Assembly (NCBI GenBank): GCA_040904005.1
Contig: JBBDUH010000018.1
Span: 1 to 51,095, forward strand
Direction: 5' to 3'
DNA: 51,095 bases
DNA from: Minisyncoccota bacterium
Lineage (GTDB): Bacteria; Patescibacteriota; Minisyncoccia; Phycocordibacterales; SW-6-46-9
In this document: positions 50,923 to 51,095 of the stretch, in pieces
Layout: the number at the start of each line of letters is the position of its first letter
Position numbering within the stretch: the stretch's first letter is position 1
Made by a program: the position numbers and the translations under genes
Notes under the pieces: generated by a model
Told to the model about the DNA's origin: nothing
The model's database searches: none
The model's input: only the letters and a program-made list of their open reading frames with translations

Positions 50923-51095
50923 CGAGAGGTTCCCATCAAAATAATTGTTCCCGAATTTGGTATCTGGGAACAACCCGGAGGAGTCACCATTAAACAAACA
51001 CCAAAGTTTGTGTAGTTTCCTAATGTATTAACACCAATGGCTGGTGGGGTGGGTGGACTTTTTTGGGTAACTCCTGGGAAATAAACTACTGCAGC
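50919..51095 (-). CDS. 3' end of an unidentified - strand ORF that runs off the window
   Basis: Hand-translated open frame of 58 codons (..FPGVTQKSPPTPPAIGVNTLGNYTNFGVCLMVTPPGCSQIPNSGTIILMGTSR) ending at TAG 50919-50921. It overlaps the rsmA stop by 4 nt. Not in the track because no start lies in the window. Confidence 0.3.
   Translation of the reverse strand, partial: AAVVYFPGVTQKSPPTPPAIGVNTLGNYTNFGVCLMVTPPGCSQIPNSGTIILMGTSR

Overview
The window is 51 kb from what looks like a small-genome, uncultivated bacterium. A CPR/Patescibacteria-like origin is an inference from gene content and architecture, not a database result. Standard code 11 fits every conserved gene.

Core content:
- The 5' ~1.07 kb of a 23S rRNA, with no 16S or tRNA spacer upstream.
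- gdh, rpsL-rpsG-fusA, an M50 protease and rpmB.
- A comEC split into a channel gene and an MBL gene, separated by a SleB-like hydrolase.
- rnhA with a C-terminal hybrid-binding domain, recJ, HIT, tpiA-pgk, nusA and ppa.
- A trigger factor without a PPIase domain, clpP, rny and hup.
- A TrmB-like regulator, four tRNAs (Gly-UCC, Pro-UGG, Gly-GCC, Arg-UCG) and yraN.
- An IMPase-like gene, PCD, cca, rpsO, an NYN protein, a DksA-like protein and comM.
- DUF3800, a LysM-M23 peptidase, pcrA/uvrD and ksgA.

Between these lie visibly AT-richer islets of orphan small genes: 1.6-3.5 kb, 16.5-17.3 kb, 24.2-25.1 kb, 27.6-30.4 kb, 42.6-43.5 kb and 45.4-46.2 kb.

I found no integrase, transposase, RT, CRISPR array or recognisable defence operon.

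The unusual layer is non-coding:
1. A ~117-nt tmRNA-like gene that has the tRNA-like domain only.
2. Two mirror-image tRNA-Gly modules with structured trailers, re-duplicated tRNA 3' ends and compensatory stem changes.
3. At least three dispersed families of structured repeats (called E, S and F here).
4. Three perfect 12-bp palindromes at exact 22-bp phasing.
5. Reused promoter-leader cassettes in front of unrelated small genes.
6. A 1.7-kb protein-poor stretch holding a long hairpin and a promoter-driven transcript with two 3-codon mini-ORFs.

All structure calls come from reading the sequence by eye. None has been tested with covariance models.
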